Part shown: positions 47,623 through 56,848 of the stretch, in pieces
Numbering within the stretch: position 1 is the stretch's first letter
How the letters are laid out: the number at the start of each line of letters is the position of its first letter
From: Rhodospirillaceae bacterium
Lineage (GTDB): Bacteria; Pseudomonadota; Alphaproteobacteria; Rhodospirillales; UBA2165
Length of the DNA stretch: 64,000 bases
Assembly (NCBI GenBank): GCA_038127535.1
Contig: JAYPHU010000010.1
Coordinates: forward strand, 21,786-85,785
Direction: 5' to 3'
The notes under the pieces: model-generated
Told to the model about the DNA's origin: nothing
Database searches by the model: none
Seen by the model: only the letters and a program-made list of their open reading frames with translations
Position numbers and translations under genes: made by a program

Positions 47623-48531
47623 TTAAAAGCACTCGGATTTGTAGGTGCGCGCGATACCGTCTAGGAGCGCAACATGAGGCCGGTACCCCAAAACGGTTTG
47701 CGCCTTCGAGATATCAACATTGAAACGAGAAATCGGTTCGCGAAGATCTGGTTTTTCCGACACGACCACCTTCCCGCGACCAACCGTTTGGACGCAAGCC
47801 CCAGCAATCTCATTAATACTGACCATATTCCCGTGGCCGATGTTGAAAATGCCTTCGGCGCCACGATCGGTGACTAGGATTATTGCCTGCGCCACGTCAT
47901 CTGCGTGAACGAGATTGATGCGATCGTCAGTCGGTGGATCCAGCTCCAACTCTTCTCCTCGGCTCGCTTTGGCGAGGAAAGATGAGATCAACTTATCCGA
48001 ACTTTGTCCCGTTCCATAAATTGCCGTTGCCCTTAAAATGGAAACATGAAGCCCTTTCCCGCGCAGGTTAATAAGTACCTGCTCACCAAGCGACTTCGAA
48101 AAACCATATTCACCCAATTGTTCGCCGGAGGCCAATGGAGCATTTTCATCTTTGAGAGAGGCACCATCCGAATCAGAGTATACAATCGCGCCCGAGAGAT
48201 ATATGAGCATAATCCCCCTCTCGGCTGCCCACTCTCCCAGGCAAAGGCACGCCCGAACATTAGCGTCGAACCAATCAGGCGAACGATATCGCTGCCCGCC
48301 CTCGGGGGTCTCCGCACCGATATGCAGGAATGCCTGGACGTCCGGAAACATTTCGTCGAGTTCTTCCGCCGACTTCCAATCCGACAAATCCCAGACAACC
48401 CAACCCGGCCGATGGGAGTTTACAGATCGCGAACTGCATATGCTTTCAACCCCCCTTTGATCGAGACGGCTCAGCAAATGGCGACCAACGATACCGGAAG
48501 CGCCGCTAACAGCAACCTTGCTTAAAGGCAT
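47623..48531 (-). CDS. NAD-dependent epimerase/dehydratase (extended SDR)
   Basis: VSGASGIVGRHL and YGFSKSLGE (YxxxK). Confidence 0.8.
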   Translation of the reverse strand: MPLSKVAVSGASGIVGRHLLSRLDQRGVESICSSRSVNSHRPGWVVWDLSDWKSAEELDEMFPDVQAFLHIGAETPEGGQRYRSPDWFDANVRACLCLGEWAAERGIMLIYLSGAIVYSDSDGASLKDENAPLASGEQLGEYGFSKSLGEQVLINLRGKGLHVSILRATAIYGTGQSSDKLISSFLAKASRGEELELDPPTDDRINLVHADDVAQAIILVTDRGAEGIFNIGHGNMVSINEIAGACVQTVGRGKVVVSEKPDLREPISRFNVDISKAQTVLGYRPHVALLDGIARTYKSECF

Positions 48532-49559
48532 GCATCGTGTCGCAGAAGAGATAACGATTCGATATCCTTTTCATTAGCCGTTTCAAAATAAATTTCCTCC
48601 AAATAACGCATGGCGACTCCGTTCTTTATTTCCGGCTGAACGATGTTTTCGCGAAGAAGAAAACTGCGGATTGCGAACTCAGGATCATTGAATCCGAAAT
48701 GTGCACGAATCGCCGTCGTACCCGAGAATCGAGCATTGAACTCAAACGGAACGGGGCCGTCCGAACCGACCATTAACTGGATATTGAACGGCCCAACGAT
48801 GCCGAGGTTTTCGACGCAGTTGCGAACGACCTCGGATATATTTGGAAAATCACCCACCTCGGCAATCCATGTGTCGCCGCCTCTAAGCGCGCGCCTTGCC
48901 GTAAATGGGCCAAATAGCGTGTTATCGGACGCGACGAAGACACTGCTGGTAAATTCATAGGATAACGCCGGACTTGGCTCGGCGATCATCCTTTGGAGCA
49001 TTGGGTTCGGCACATGATCAAACAACTGGGATAATTCATCCGAAGTCTTTATCAAATGAACATTCCGCGCCGAAGAGCCTGTTCTGGATTTTAGAACAAG
49101 CGGGTACCCGAATTCCTTGGCGTCGCCTAGTGCCTCTTCATGCGAGCGCGGAACAGAAGATTGCGCATGAGGCAGTCCCAAACGCTTCAGATGGCCGACG
49201 GTTTTCCACTTGTCATCGGCCAAATCGATTATTTCAGGCCCTGATACAACGATTACCGCGCCCGTATCGCGCTCGAGATCCATCCGATGCCGGGAAAAGA
49301 ATAAAAGATCGTGTTCAGAGCCAATGAGCACGAGGTCGATGTTTTCACTGCGTAACAATTCGGCAATCTCATTGTACTTCCCATCGATTTCAAGGCGGGG
49401 TAATAAAACCGCTGCATCGGTCCAATGAAAGCCAACGGCGTTGGGCGTGATATCCGCGCCAACGATTTCGAGGTCCAATTTACTCGCTTTCAGGGCCTTG
49501 ATAATCGCCTGCCCCACGCCACCGCCAACACCGGTTACGAGTACTCTTAAAGCTGCCAC
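48522..49559 (-). CDS. ATP-grasp family ligase
   Basis: Pre-ATP-grasp Rossmann start RVLVTGVGGGVGQAIIKAL. Central GYPLVLKSRTGSSARNV. C-terminal FEFNARFSGTT, typical of CPSase-like ATP-grasp proteins. Confidence 0.7.
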   Translation of the reverse strand: MAALRVLVTGVGGGVGQAIIKALKASKLDLEIVGADITPNAVGFHWTDAAVLLPRLEIDGKYNEIAELLRSENIDLVLIGSEHDLLFFSRHRMDLERDTGAVIVVSGPEIIDLADDKWKTVGHLKRLGLPHAQSSVPRSHEEALGDAKEFGYPLVLKSRTGSSARNVHLIKTSDELSQLFDHVPNPMLQRMIAEPSPALSYEFTSSVFVASDNTLFGPFTARRALRGGDTWIAEVGDFPNISEVVRNCVENLGIVGPFNIQLMVGSDGPVPFEFNARFSGTTAIRAHFGFNDPEFAIRSFLLRENIVQPEIKNGVAMRYLEEIYFETANEKDIESLSLLRHDACL

Positions 49560-50266
49560 GGATTTTCCGCTCCGGTCATGATCCGATGTATTTTACCGAC
49601 CTCTGCCGTGCTGTGCGCATTCGAGCCAAAGGACACTCTCGCTCCCGCACTAAGACACCATTCGAGAAACTTAGATGGTTTCGGGTGGTAGCGAGCATTG
49701 ATTTCGAATGCGATGTCCGTCTCCGCAGCAAGTTCAATCACTTCTTTTATCAGGTCGTCGGGCGGAGCAACCCCGAAACGTCGGTAGCTCATGCCAAACG
49801 GATGACCGAGCACATCAATCGGGCTATTGCGCAGAGCGGCGCACATCAATTCGAACTCCATATCGATCGCCAAAGCTGCTGATCTGTTTTTTGTTCCCGC
49901 ATCGGAATCCGTTTCGCCGGGGAACCGATGGACGCTGGCCATGACTTGATCACAACAAGCAAGAATATTATCGGTGGCATCCAACGCTCCGCTTTTATCC
50001 AGGATCTTGACTTCCACCCCGACATACGCGCGACAAGGGCTCGCAGGAAGGCTGCGAATTTCGTCCGCGAATTTTGGAAACCAACCACCACTGGAACCGC
50101 GCGCGTGCTCGCTGAACGCGATTGCTATCATCCCTGTGAGAACTGCTTGATCGTACATCTCGATCGACGAGTTTTCGCCGTCGGTCCAATTTGTATGCAT
50201 GTGAAGATCGACCGGCGGAATTTCGGCGTCATTCCACAACTCTTCAACGAATCGCGGCGGTTTCAT
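49547..50266 (-). CDS. PHP-family phosphoesterase (HisJ-like)
   Basis: VDLHMHTNWTDG (HxH), FSEHA, and later His residues of the PHP trinuclear site. Confidence 0.75.
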   Translation of the reverse strand: MKPPRFVEELWNDAEIPPVDLHMHTNWTDGENSSIEMYDQAVLTGMIAIAFSEHARGSSGGWFPKFADEIRSLPASPCRAYVGVEVKILDKSGALDATDNILACCDQVMASVHRFPGETDSDAGTKNRSAALAIDMEFELMCAALRNSPIDVLGHPFGMSYRRFGVAPPDDLIKEVIELAAETDIAFEINARYHPKPSKFLEWCLSAGARVSFGSNAHSTAEVGKIHRIMTGAENPWQL

Positions 50267-51423
50267 TGGATCAAACGTTCGAACAAGGGTACGAATACGT
50301 CGCCGGACAACCCGTATTTCGTTCTTCCGTCTGCGACGATCTCGCCGAAATAGGTCATCGCCGAAACAAAAATGACGGATACCTGTTTGTAGGACTCATC
50401 GCTGCAATGGCGGATCGGTTGAAGCGCCGCAGGCAGATATTTTCCTTTTTTGGAAATATCGCCATCAAAACATATGATGCGGTCCGAGTGGATATTAGTG
50501 GAATGCAAAAAGGAATTCAGGCCATTTGTAGCGCCGTGGAAACCAACCAGCTTGCCGCGTTCAAGGTGGCTAATTACCAGTTCTTGGCCGCGGGCCACAG
50601 AGTCTCTAAAAGCATTGCCAGCTTTCACCAGACTACCTGTTTCACGTATTTTATGTAGCTTTTGTGCGGGTAAATCGGTTTTCTCGGCAGCAATCCAAAG
50701 GCTGTCTTCGTGAGAGTCAAATGCGACCGGCTCCAAACCCGCAGACCGCAAAAGGTTCAGTGCAGATTCCCTATCGAAATAAGAAAGATGTTCATGCGAT
50801 ACCACGTTCAGATCACCGGACTCGAATTGTCGCTCCGTGTCCGGAAATGACAATATTGCTCGCCCCCCTTGCCGGAGCGACCTGTGGATCTCCGTCAGAA
50901 ACGAATAGGGATCGTCCACATGTTCAAGGCAATTGAACGATAGAACCCGGTCGAATGTCCTTTGCGAAAGCTGGCGCGAAGGAAAGTAATCGGTGATGAT
51001 TTCAATCTCCTGATCCGAGCACTTTCTCAATGCAGGATCGATGACGACCGGTTTTGCGGTTTCAAATTCGTGCGCTATCTCCGCTGACACAAGTCCGGAG
51101 CCTCCACCAATTTCCAGAACGCCGGCCCCCGCACAGAAATCACCATTCTCCAAGATAAATTTGATCTGCGTGCGGCCGAGGCGATTGGCCCAGTCAGACA
51201 ATCCCGGAGGTAGCGTAAAATGGACATAACTCTCGTTTCCGTATGCCTCAACGATTTCTCGGCGCGTTTCTATCGGCGTGGTTTGCCGAAAATAACCCAT
51301 AGAATCTTGGCCAAGACTGAGCGGCAACAGCGGCCCCATCCCTGGTGACTCCTGCGGGCCGTGCCAAACAGGCAGCGACGGAAAACGGATTTCAGCTCCA
51401 CAAATTTCCAAAAAGTCCTTCAT
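50263..51423 (-). CDS. SAM-dependent methyltransferase with C-methyltransferase-type C-terminal domain (TylCIII-like architecture)
   Basis: Motif I VLEIGGGSGLVS. C-terminal LVGFHGATNGLNSFL ... FDGDISKKGKYLP, resembling the sugar C-methyltransferase accessory domain. Confidence 0.7.
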   Translation of the reverse strand: MKDFLEICGAEIRFPSLPVWHGPQESPGMGPLLPLSLGQDSMGYFRQTTPIETRREIVEAYGNESYVHFTLPPGLSDWANRLGRTQIKFILENGDFCAGAGVLEIGGGSGLVSAEIAHEFETAKPVVIDPALRKCSDQEIEIITDYFPSRQLSQRTFDRVLSFNCLEHVDDPYSFLTEIHRSLRQGGRAILSFPDTERQFESGDLNVVSHEHLSYFDRESALNLLRSAGLEPVAFDSHEDSLWIAAEKTDLPAQKLHKIRETGSLVKAGNAFRDSVARGQELVISHLERGKLVGFHGATNGLNSFLHSTNIHSDRIICFDGDISKKGKYLPAALQPIRHCSDESYKQVSVIFVSAMTYFGEIVADGRTKYGLSGDVFVPLFERLIQ

Positions 51424-53480
51424 TCAGCGAATTCTTTTGAATTTGTGGGGCGTACTTTATAGAAGAAGAAATCCGCGCTAATTTCTTCGGACATTTTTCG
51501 AAGGGTGAACCCTTTTTTTTCCGAAGAGAACTGTTCCCGTTGGCGTTCAATTGCAGTGCGCTGCTGTTCCGGCAGAAAGAACTCGTAATCGTACCGGTCG
51601 CTCGAGCTAAGCTGCGCAGGCCGGCCTTTGTACCCGCTTTGTCTCCATGCCAGCAGATCGTAGTGAAAACTTTTACGCTTCACTTCAACGAGATCGTCCT
51701 GACCGGTTAATTCAATCCGCGTCTCGGCACCGAAGGATAGCACTTCATCGCAAAGAGCCAAAAATTCTTCGGCTTCATCCAAGCCATGATCCGCTGCCAA
51801 CTCCTTGGCAACATTTAGCAAAAGCGCATTGAAGGCCTCGTAATGCTGCAAAAGTATTTCGTAGGTGTATTGATAATTGAGCTTTCCGTATTGCCCGCTA
51901 CGCAACCGCTCGAGATTGTCGGGTATCTCCCAATAATCCGCCAGCGCTCCCATGGTCGGAAAGTTTTCCAGGTCGTGATCTGCCCGAAACCGTTCGTAAA
52001 GTCTCCCGATTTCTCCGTCGCTTGATTTAGCCGCCTCGGAAATTTTTAAAATAACATCGACGGGATGAATGCCCGCTTGATAGAAAAGATGCAAATAGTC
52101 GTAATACCATTTTCGACCCCACATCATTTGAATCAGAAAGTGAACAAAGCGGAAACCGCGCAACTCATCGACAGGCATCGAAGATGTTTCTAAAACAACC
52201 TCCTGTCCCTCGAAAATAGCCCTATTCTCGTAAACGCCGAACGCATTGTCGTGCAATCGCCAACCTGTCCGCAGGAAATACTTCTCCCGCGACTCTTCGG
52301 AATCCATTTCGGTTCCCGGAAGGAGGTGGAGGTTGTAGTTAAATACTTCGGCTCCGACATCGATCATGCGCCGGATGCTGTCCAAATGGGTTTCACTGGT
52401 TTCGTTAGGCAACCCAAGAATTAGCTCGGTAAATAAGGATGCTCCCGCACCTTCGGACTGCAACGCTTTAGTCATCTCGACCACATCTTCGAGTTTAAGA
52501 TTTCGCCTCTTGATGGCTTCGAGCACTTGGGGATTGAGCGATTGCATGGAAGCCCCCACTTCGCCGATATCGCCCAAGGCGCGGGCGACGCGCAATACCC
52601 GGTCGGGTCGGCTCTTATTCCATTGAGCGGAAACATGACTAGGATAGCCGTACCTTTTCTGACAATCGCGCAGATTTTCAGCAATCGATCGGTCGCGGTC
52701 CAAGATCGAAAAATTTGCGTCTGCGATAAATAGGTTCATCGATTTCTTGCAATTACGTCCCAGGTACTCAATTTCATCGAAAACCCGCTGATCGGAGAAC
52801 CGCGCAAGCTTTCCCGTACCAATACCCCATGCGCAAAACGTACACCGGTAGGGGCACGAGCGGTTTGTTTCCAGGATTGGCACGAACGGCTCATCAAAGA
52901 ATTCATCCATTGAGCCGTTGAGGTAAGGCGACGGAATTTCGTCGAGATCCCGGATCACGTCCAATTCAGAGCCAATATGAATTCGATTATGACCCTGGAG
53001 ATCATTAATCAATGCGCCGTCCAACACATCCGATACGAAACGCTTGCGGTCGCCATTTAGCGAAAGGAAGCGTTCCACCAAGGAAGCAAATCCGCGTTCG
53101 CCTTGATTGACGACGTAAGCGTCACAAGCCGACGAAGCGGAAAAAAATTTTCGCGCCGCCTCATCATTAGCGTTGGCGCTGGTAAAATTCGGCCCACCAC
53201 CGACGCACAAAGCGTTCGGAACTTCCTGACGAGTGATGTCAAAAACCAACGCATTGAGATTTGCGTTCCAAACGTAATGGGACAGCCCAACGACATCGGG
53301 TTTTTCGCGCTTGATGGCGTCGATCATCTGTTGGGGACGCTTAAACAGACGAAATTCAAGGTCTTCGGCGACCATTTTGTCCGTGTAGGCAGCGATGTAG
53401 CCAACATTGAGCGGAAAGGTCCAAAGACTGACCTTCTCCCAATCATGCACCAGATCAGCGAGAAAAATCTTAAGGCTCAT
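51420..53480 (-). CDS. B12-binding (class B) radical SAM protein, 686 aa
   Basis: N-terminal B12-binding-like region (VVGLSHYVWN ... VGGGPNF). ETNRSCPYRCTFCAWG (CxxxCxxC). First gene after the 334-nt leader. Confidence 0.85.
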   Translation of the reverse strand: MSLKIFLADLVHDWEKVSLWTFPLNVGYIAAYTDKMVAEDLEFRLFKRPQQMIDAIKREKPDVVGLSHYVWNANLNALVFDITRQEVPNALCVGGGPNFTSANANDEAARKFFSASSACDAYVVNQGERGFASLVERFLSLNGDRKRFVSDVLDGALINDLQGHNRIHIGSELDVIRDLDEIPSPYLNGSMDEFFDEPFVPILETNRSCPYRCTFCAWGIGTGKLARFSDQRVFDEIEYLGRNCKKSMNLFIADANFSILDRDRSIAENLRDCQKRYGYPSHVSAQWNKSRPDRVLRVARALGDIGEVGASMQSLNPQVLEAIKRRNLKLEDVVEMTKALQSEGAGASLFTELILGLPNETSETHLDSIRRMIDVGAEVFNYNLHLLPGTEMDSEESREKYFLRTGWRLHDNAFGVYENRAIFEGQEVVLETSSMPVDELRGFRFVHFLIQMMWGRKWYYDYLHLFYQAGIHPVDVILKISEAAKSSDGEIGRLYERFRADHDLENFPTMGALADYWEIPDNLERLRSGQYGKLNYQYTYEILLQHYEAFNALLLNVAKELAADHGLDEAEEFLALCDEVLSFGAETRIELTGQDDLVEVKRKSFHYDLLAWRQSGYKGRPAQLSSSDRYDYEFFLPEQQRTAIERQREQFSSEKKGFTLRKMSEEISADFFFYKVRPTNSKEFAE

Positions 53481-53628
53481 TCGAAATCGCGGCTAAGACG
53501 GCTGGAACAATCAATGACAACAAGTTTGGAAAAATCGTCGCACTCGGCAGGGGCAAAAATCGCTTTATTCAAGCCCCGCGAAATGGTGCAGCTCAATATT
53601 ATCGTTCGGAAACCCAATCGGATTTACC

Positions 53629-53640
53629 CAAGCTACCGCA
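53629..53640 (-). promoter_or_regulatory. ops-like element (candidate RfaH recruitment/pause site)
   Basis: The minus (sense, non-template) strand reads TGCGGTAGCTTG. The ops consensus as I recall it is GGCGGTAGnnTG. Only position 1 differs among the fixed positions. It lies in a non-coding leader about 150 nt upstream of the 53480 start codon. An RfaH-like gene is encoded at 57130..57633. Confidence 0.4.
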
Positions 53641-53660
53641 GGCCGGGTGAAAAGACACGA

Positions 53661-53693
53661 CCAAGCGTTCATCACCTGAACAGTAACGCTTGG
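53661..53693 (-). terminator. Perfect 9-bp inverted repeat hairpin (candidate terminator/attenuator)
   Basis: CCAAGCGTT, then 15 nt, then AACGCTTGG. On the minus strand it is followed by TCGTGTCTTTTC and preceded by a T7 run. The loop is long and the U-tract is interrupted. Confidence 0.3.
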
Positions 53694-53743
53694 CGCAAAA
53701 AAAGCAAGGAAAATTAAGCCCAAAACGCCATATATTTAAAACC

Positions 53744-53764
53744 GCCACTATATTTCTTAGTGGC
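53744..53764 (-). terminator. Short hairpin just downstream of the aminotransferase gene (weak terminator candidate)
   Basis: GCCACTA, then 7 nt, then TAGTGGC. On the minus strand it is followed by GGTTTTAAATATA. Confidence 0.2.
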
Positions 53765-53814
53765 CGATGTTGTTGCTATGTTCACGGCGCCTTACCGCAA
53801 AAATTTAGCCAAAC

Positions 53815-54972
53815 TTATTGGTCAGCTAAACGGGGGCTGGAAGGCAAACAAATCAACTGGTTATACAACAATTCAGTCATTCTCAGATCAGCCCGAGGTG
53901 CATCCTTGTAAGCGTCCAACAAGTGAATTGGACGCCACAAGGGGCGGCTCATGAAACCGGCATCATTAAGTTCCTGCAATAATATGTCTCGAAAAGACGC
54001 CGATTCTGAACTGAGACGGACCGTGTTCAGCCAATAATTACTGAGGCATTCCGGTGGCTCGGATATAAATACTGCTGAACTAAGGCCATCAAACGCTTGA
54101 CGATAGTACTGAGCAAGCAGGCGTTTTCGCGCCACGAAATCGCTCAGATTCTCCAGCTGACCGCAACCGAGCGCCGCGTTCAAGTTCGGCATTCGGTAGT
54201 TATATCCTATTCCGTCGTGGATGAATTCCCAGCGATGGGCAATTTTCGCATTTGTCGTGAGGTGCCGGGCCCGTTCCGCTATACGATCATTCGACGTTAC
54301 TATTGCGCCACCGCCACCTGTAGTGACAATTTTGTTTCCGTTGAAACTGAATACCGAGACGAGCCCATCATTCCCAGTGTGGCGCCCATGATAATAAGAC
54401 CCAAGAGATTCTGTTGCATCTTCGATCAAGATGATTCCGTAACGCCTGCAGACCTCGGCAAGCGCATCCAGTTGCGCCGGATGGCCGAATACATGAACGC
54501 AAATAAGCGCCTTGATCGATCGGCCCGTCTTTGAGTTAACCAGTTTACCGTTTGAATCCCTGTCATAATTACTTAAATGCTGATCAAGCTTAACCGGATC
54601 GATTCCGAACGTGTATTGCTCGGCATCAACAAAATGAGGCACGGCGCCGGCGTGGGCAACCGCGTTTGCGGTAGCAACGAATGTCAAAGATGGAATGACG
54701 ACCTCGTCACCCCGCCCGACACCGGACGTCGTTAACGCGGCATGAAGTCCAGCTGTTCCCGAGGAAACAGCAATCGCATGTTTTGTTCCGATGATCTCGC
54801 ACAGCATGCCTTCAAAGCGATTTACATATGAACCGGCAGTAGACACCCATTCCGTATCCAAACACTCCTTCACATAGGCCCATTCGTTTCCGGTAATCTC
54901 GGGCGCATGCAATGGCGCCCCGTCCTTTACGACAGAACGTACGGCTGCGACAATCCGTTCGACTTCTTTCAT
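53815..54972 (-). CDS. DegT/DnrJ/EryC1/StrS-family sugar aminotransferase (LegC/PglE-like)
   Basis: PLP-Lys region VSVFSFNGNKIVTTGGGGAI. HAPEITGNEWAYVKECLD at the N-terminus. Confidence 0.9.
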   Translation of the reverse strand: MKEVERIVAAVRSVVKDGAPLHAPEITGNEWAYVKECLDTEWVSTAGSYVNRFEGMLCEIIGTKHAIAVSSGTAGLHAALTTSGVGRGDEVVIPSLTFVATANAVAHAGAVPHFVDAEQYTFGIDPVKLDQHLSNYDRDSNGKLVNSKTGRSIKALICVHVFGHPAQLDALAEVCRRYGIILIEDATESLGSYYHGRHTGNDGLVSVFSFNGNKIVTTGGGGAIVTSNDRIAERARHLTTNAKIAHRWEFIHDGIGYNYRMPNLNAALGCGQLENLSDFVARKRLLAQYYRQAFDGLSSAVFISEPPECLSNYWLNTVRLSSESASFRDILLQELNDAGFMSRPLWRPIHLLDAYKDAPRADLRMTELLYNQLICLPSSPRLADQ

Positions 54973-55811
54973 TTCACTGCTTCAACGTACAGCGATTTGT
55001 CAGGATAAGTGGTATCCAATCCCAACATTCTTTTTATTTCGAAAAAATCGCCCGTCGTCAGCCAGCCGCCCTCACCCTTAAGTTCGTTAAACCGGCTGGC
55101 CTGCGGAGACGAACGATAGACATTCGTGAATCCGGCATCCTGCAACATTTGTTCGAGTTTTTGATAATTAAACCAGTTGATGTGGTAACCGCCTTTCTCT
55201 TGTTGCACGGCACGAGATGCGTCGAGCGTGTAGCGATCGGCAAAATCTTCGGGCGAGAGTTGAGAGAATTCCCGCCGTATTTCCTCCGCCGACACCGAAT
55301 CAAGCATGGCTGTCGCGATCTGTTCGACGACCGCCTGTTCTATTGTCAAATCTCGCGCGGACGCAGCTAAAAAATAGGATAAATCGTTGCGGTCCGCAGC
55401 ATCCCGAATCAAGTCGTAGTCCGGCATATTTAGGCGCACTGCGCCACCTGGCCGAAGACAGCGATAGATTTCCATCAAAATGCTTGGGCAGTTTTCCTGA
55501 GGTATATGTTCCAAGGTATGAGACGAGTAAAAAAAATCGACACTATTGTCGTCAAATGGAAAGTGGCTTAGCGCCATCATATCGACATCGATATCGATGT
55601 AACGGCGCTGGAATGGGTAATAAGAGGAAACGTGATCCAATACTTTCCAATGTGGCCGAAAAAATAATCCTCCACCGATATTTACCATAAGACGTGCGCG
55701 TTCTCGTGATGGAAACAGCATCGCGTGTATTCGTTTGCGGACGAGAAGAAGTCGAGTGAGAATCTGGAATTTGGCGATCAGGAATAATCGTTGCGCTAAT
55801 GTGTTCATCAC
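54969..55811 (-). CDS. Class I SAM-dependent methyltransferase
   Basis: MVNIGGG ... FFYSSHTLEHIP ... IYRCLRPGGAVRL (Methyltransf_11-like blocks). GTG at 55811 or ATG at 55808. Confidence 0.75.
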   Translation of the reverse strand: MMNTLAQRLFLIAKFQILTRLLLVRKRIHAMLFPSRERARLMVNIGGGLFFRPHWKVLDHVSSYYPFQRRYIDIDVDMMALSHFPFDDNSVDFFYSSHTLEHIPQENCPSILMEIYRCLRPGGAVRLNMPDYDLIRDAADRNDLSYFLAASARDLTIEQAVVEQIATAMLDSVSAEEIRREFSQLSPEDFADRYTLDASRAVQQEKGGYHINWFNYQKLEQMLQDAGFTNVYRSSPQASRFNELKGEGGWLTTGDFFEIKRMLGLDTTYPDKSLYVEAVK

Positions 55812-56848
55812 TGATTCGAGTCGAGTGGATAATCGATATCATAATTGCCGAAGAACCGGGGTGGAGATTGAATGTCGCGAAACAGGCCTTGATCCATTGC
55901 CTTGATCAACTCCCCAACTCCATCTTCAACGCTAACGGCCGGAACGAAACCTATCTTTTCCCGGATTTTTGAAAAGTCGACTCGATAGTTCCGCGGATCA
56001 GAACCTTTCTCCTGGAAACAAACTTTCCCACGTTGCAGCCGGTCGGTGATCGTATCCACGATCATCCGTTTCGTAAAATTATTAATGTCGCCACCGGCAT
56101 TGAAAACGTCAAAGGCAACATCATCAACGTCAGCTTCAAGAACCATTTGCACAGCACGGGCAAAATCTCGGACGTGACAATAAGGCCTCCAAGTATCCGG
56201 ATCATAAACCAGAAGCTCCCTCCCCAGGTAAAGTTCGCGGGTAAACTCACTCACCGTTAGATCAAATCGCATGCGGGGGCTCAAACCGAAGGCTGTTGCG
56301 AAACGCAAAATCGTCGGAATGAAACCTGAATCTCGCGGAAGCTGCAAAATCTTTCGTTCGATATTTACTTTTGCGACGGCATACGCGGACAACGGATTTA
56401 ACTCGAAATCTTCGCTAGCAAGTTCATCCGTTTCGATCAGACCATAATTGGAACAGGTAGAAACATATATTACCCGGCCCAGCCTACGGTCGGACAGTAG
56501 ATCGAACGTTTGATCATAGGCTCGGTCATTAATCCACTCGGACTGTTCCGGAAATTTTCGCGTTATTGGATCACCTACCAAACCGGCCAAAAATACGATA
56601 TCGGTTATGCCATCCAGAGCGGCGATCATTTGATCCGAATTTGCAATATCTCCATAGCAAAATTCAAACCCTGGCTGGTTATAAAAAATTGGAACGACGG
56701 TCTGATTGTCGTAAATAAGCCGGTCAAACATGCGTACTTGGTAACCGGCTCGAATCAGGTGGTCGGCCATTATTGTTCCAATGTAACCGGCGCCTCCGAC
56801 AAGAAGCAATTTTCGTTCGCAACAAGTTATGCTTGAATTATTGGACAA
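55808..56848 (-). CDS. NAD-dependent NDP-sugar epimerase/dehydratase (extended SDR)
   Basis: LLLVGGAGYIGT and YAVAKVNIE (YxxxK). TTG start preceded by GAGAAAGG. Confidence 0.85.
   Translation of the reverse strand: MSNNSSITCCERKLLLVGGAGYIGTIMADHLIRAGYQVRMFDRLIYDNQTVVPIFYNQPGFEFCYGDIANSDQMIAALDGITDIVFLAGLVGDPITRKFPEQSEWINDRAYDQTFDLLSDRRLGRVIYVSTCSNYGLIETDELASEDFELNPLSAYAVAKVNIERKILQLPRDSGFIPTILRFATAFGLSPRMRFDLTVSEFTRELYLGRELLVYDPDTWRPYCHVRDFARAVQMVLEADVDDVAFDVFNAGGDINNFTKRMIVDTITDRLQRGKVCFQEKGSDPRNYRVDFSKIREKIGFVPAVSVEDGVGELIKAMDQGLFRDIQSPPRFFGNYDIDYPLDSNQ

Noticed and set aside
53103-53717. 204-aa plus-strand ORF spanning the end of the B12-rSAM gene and the 334-nt leader
   Set aside because: Two thirds of it is antisense to a strongly supported minus-strand radical SAM gene. 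Its composition is Arg/Ser/Lys-rich with no recognisable motif. It is the kind of shadow ORF expected opposite a coding strand.
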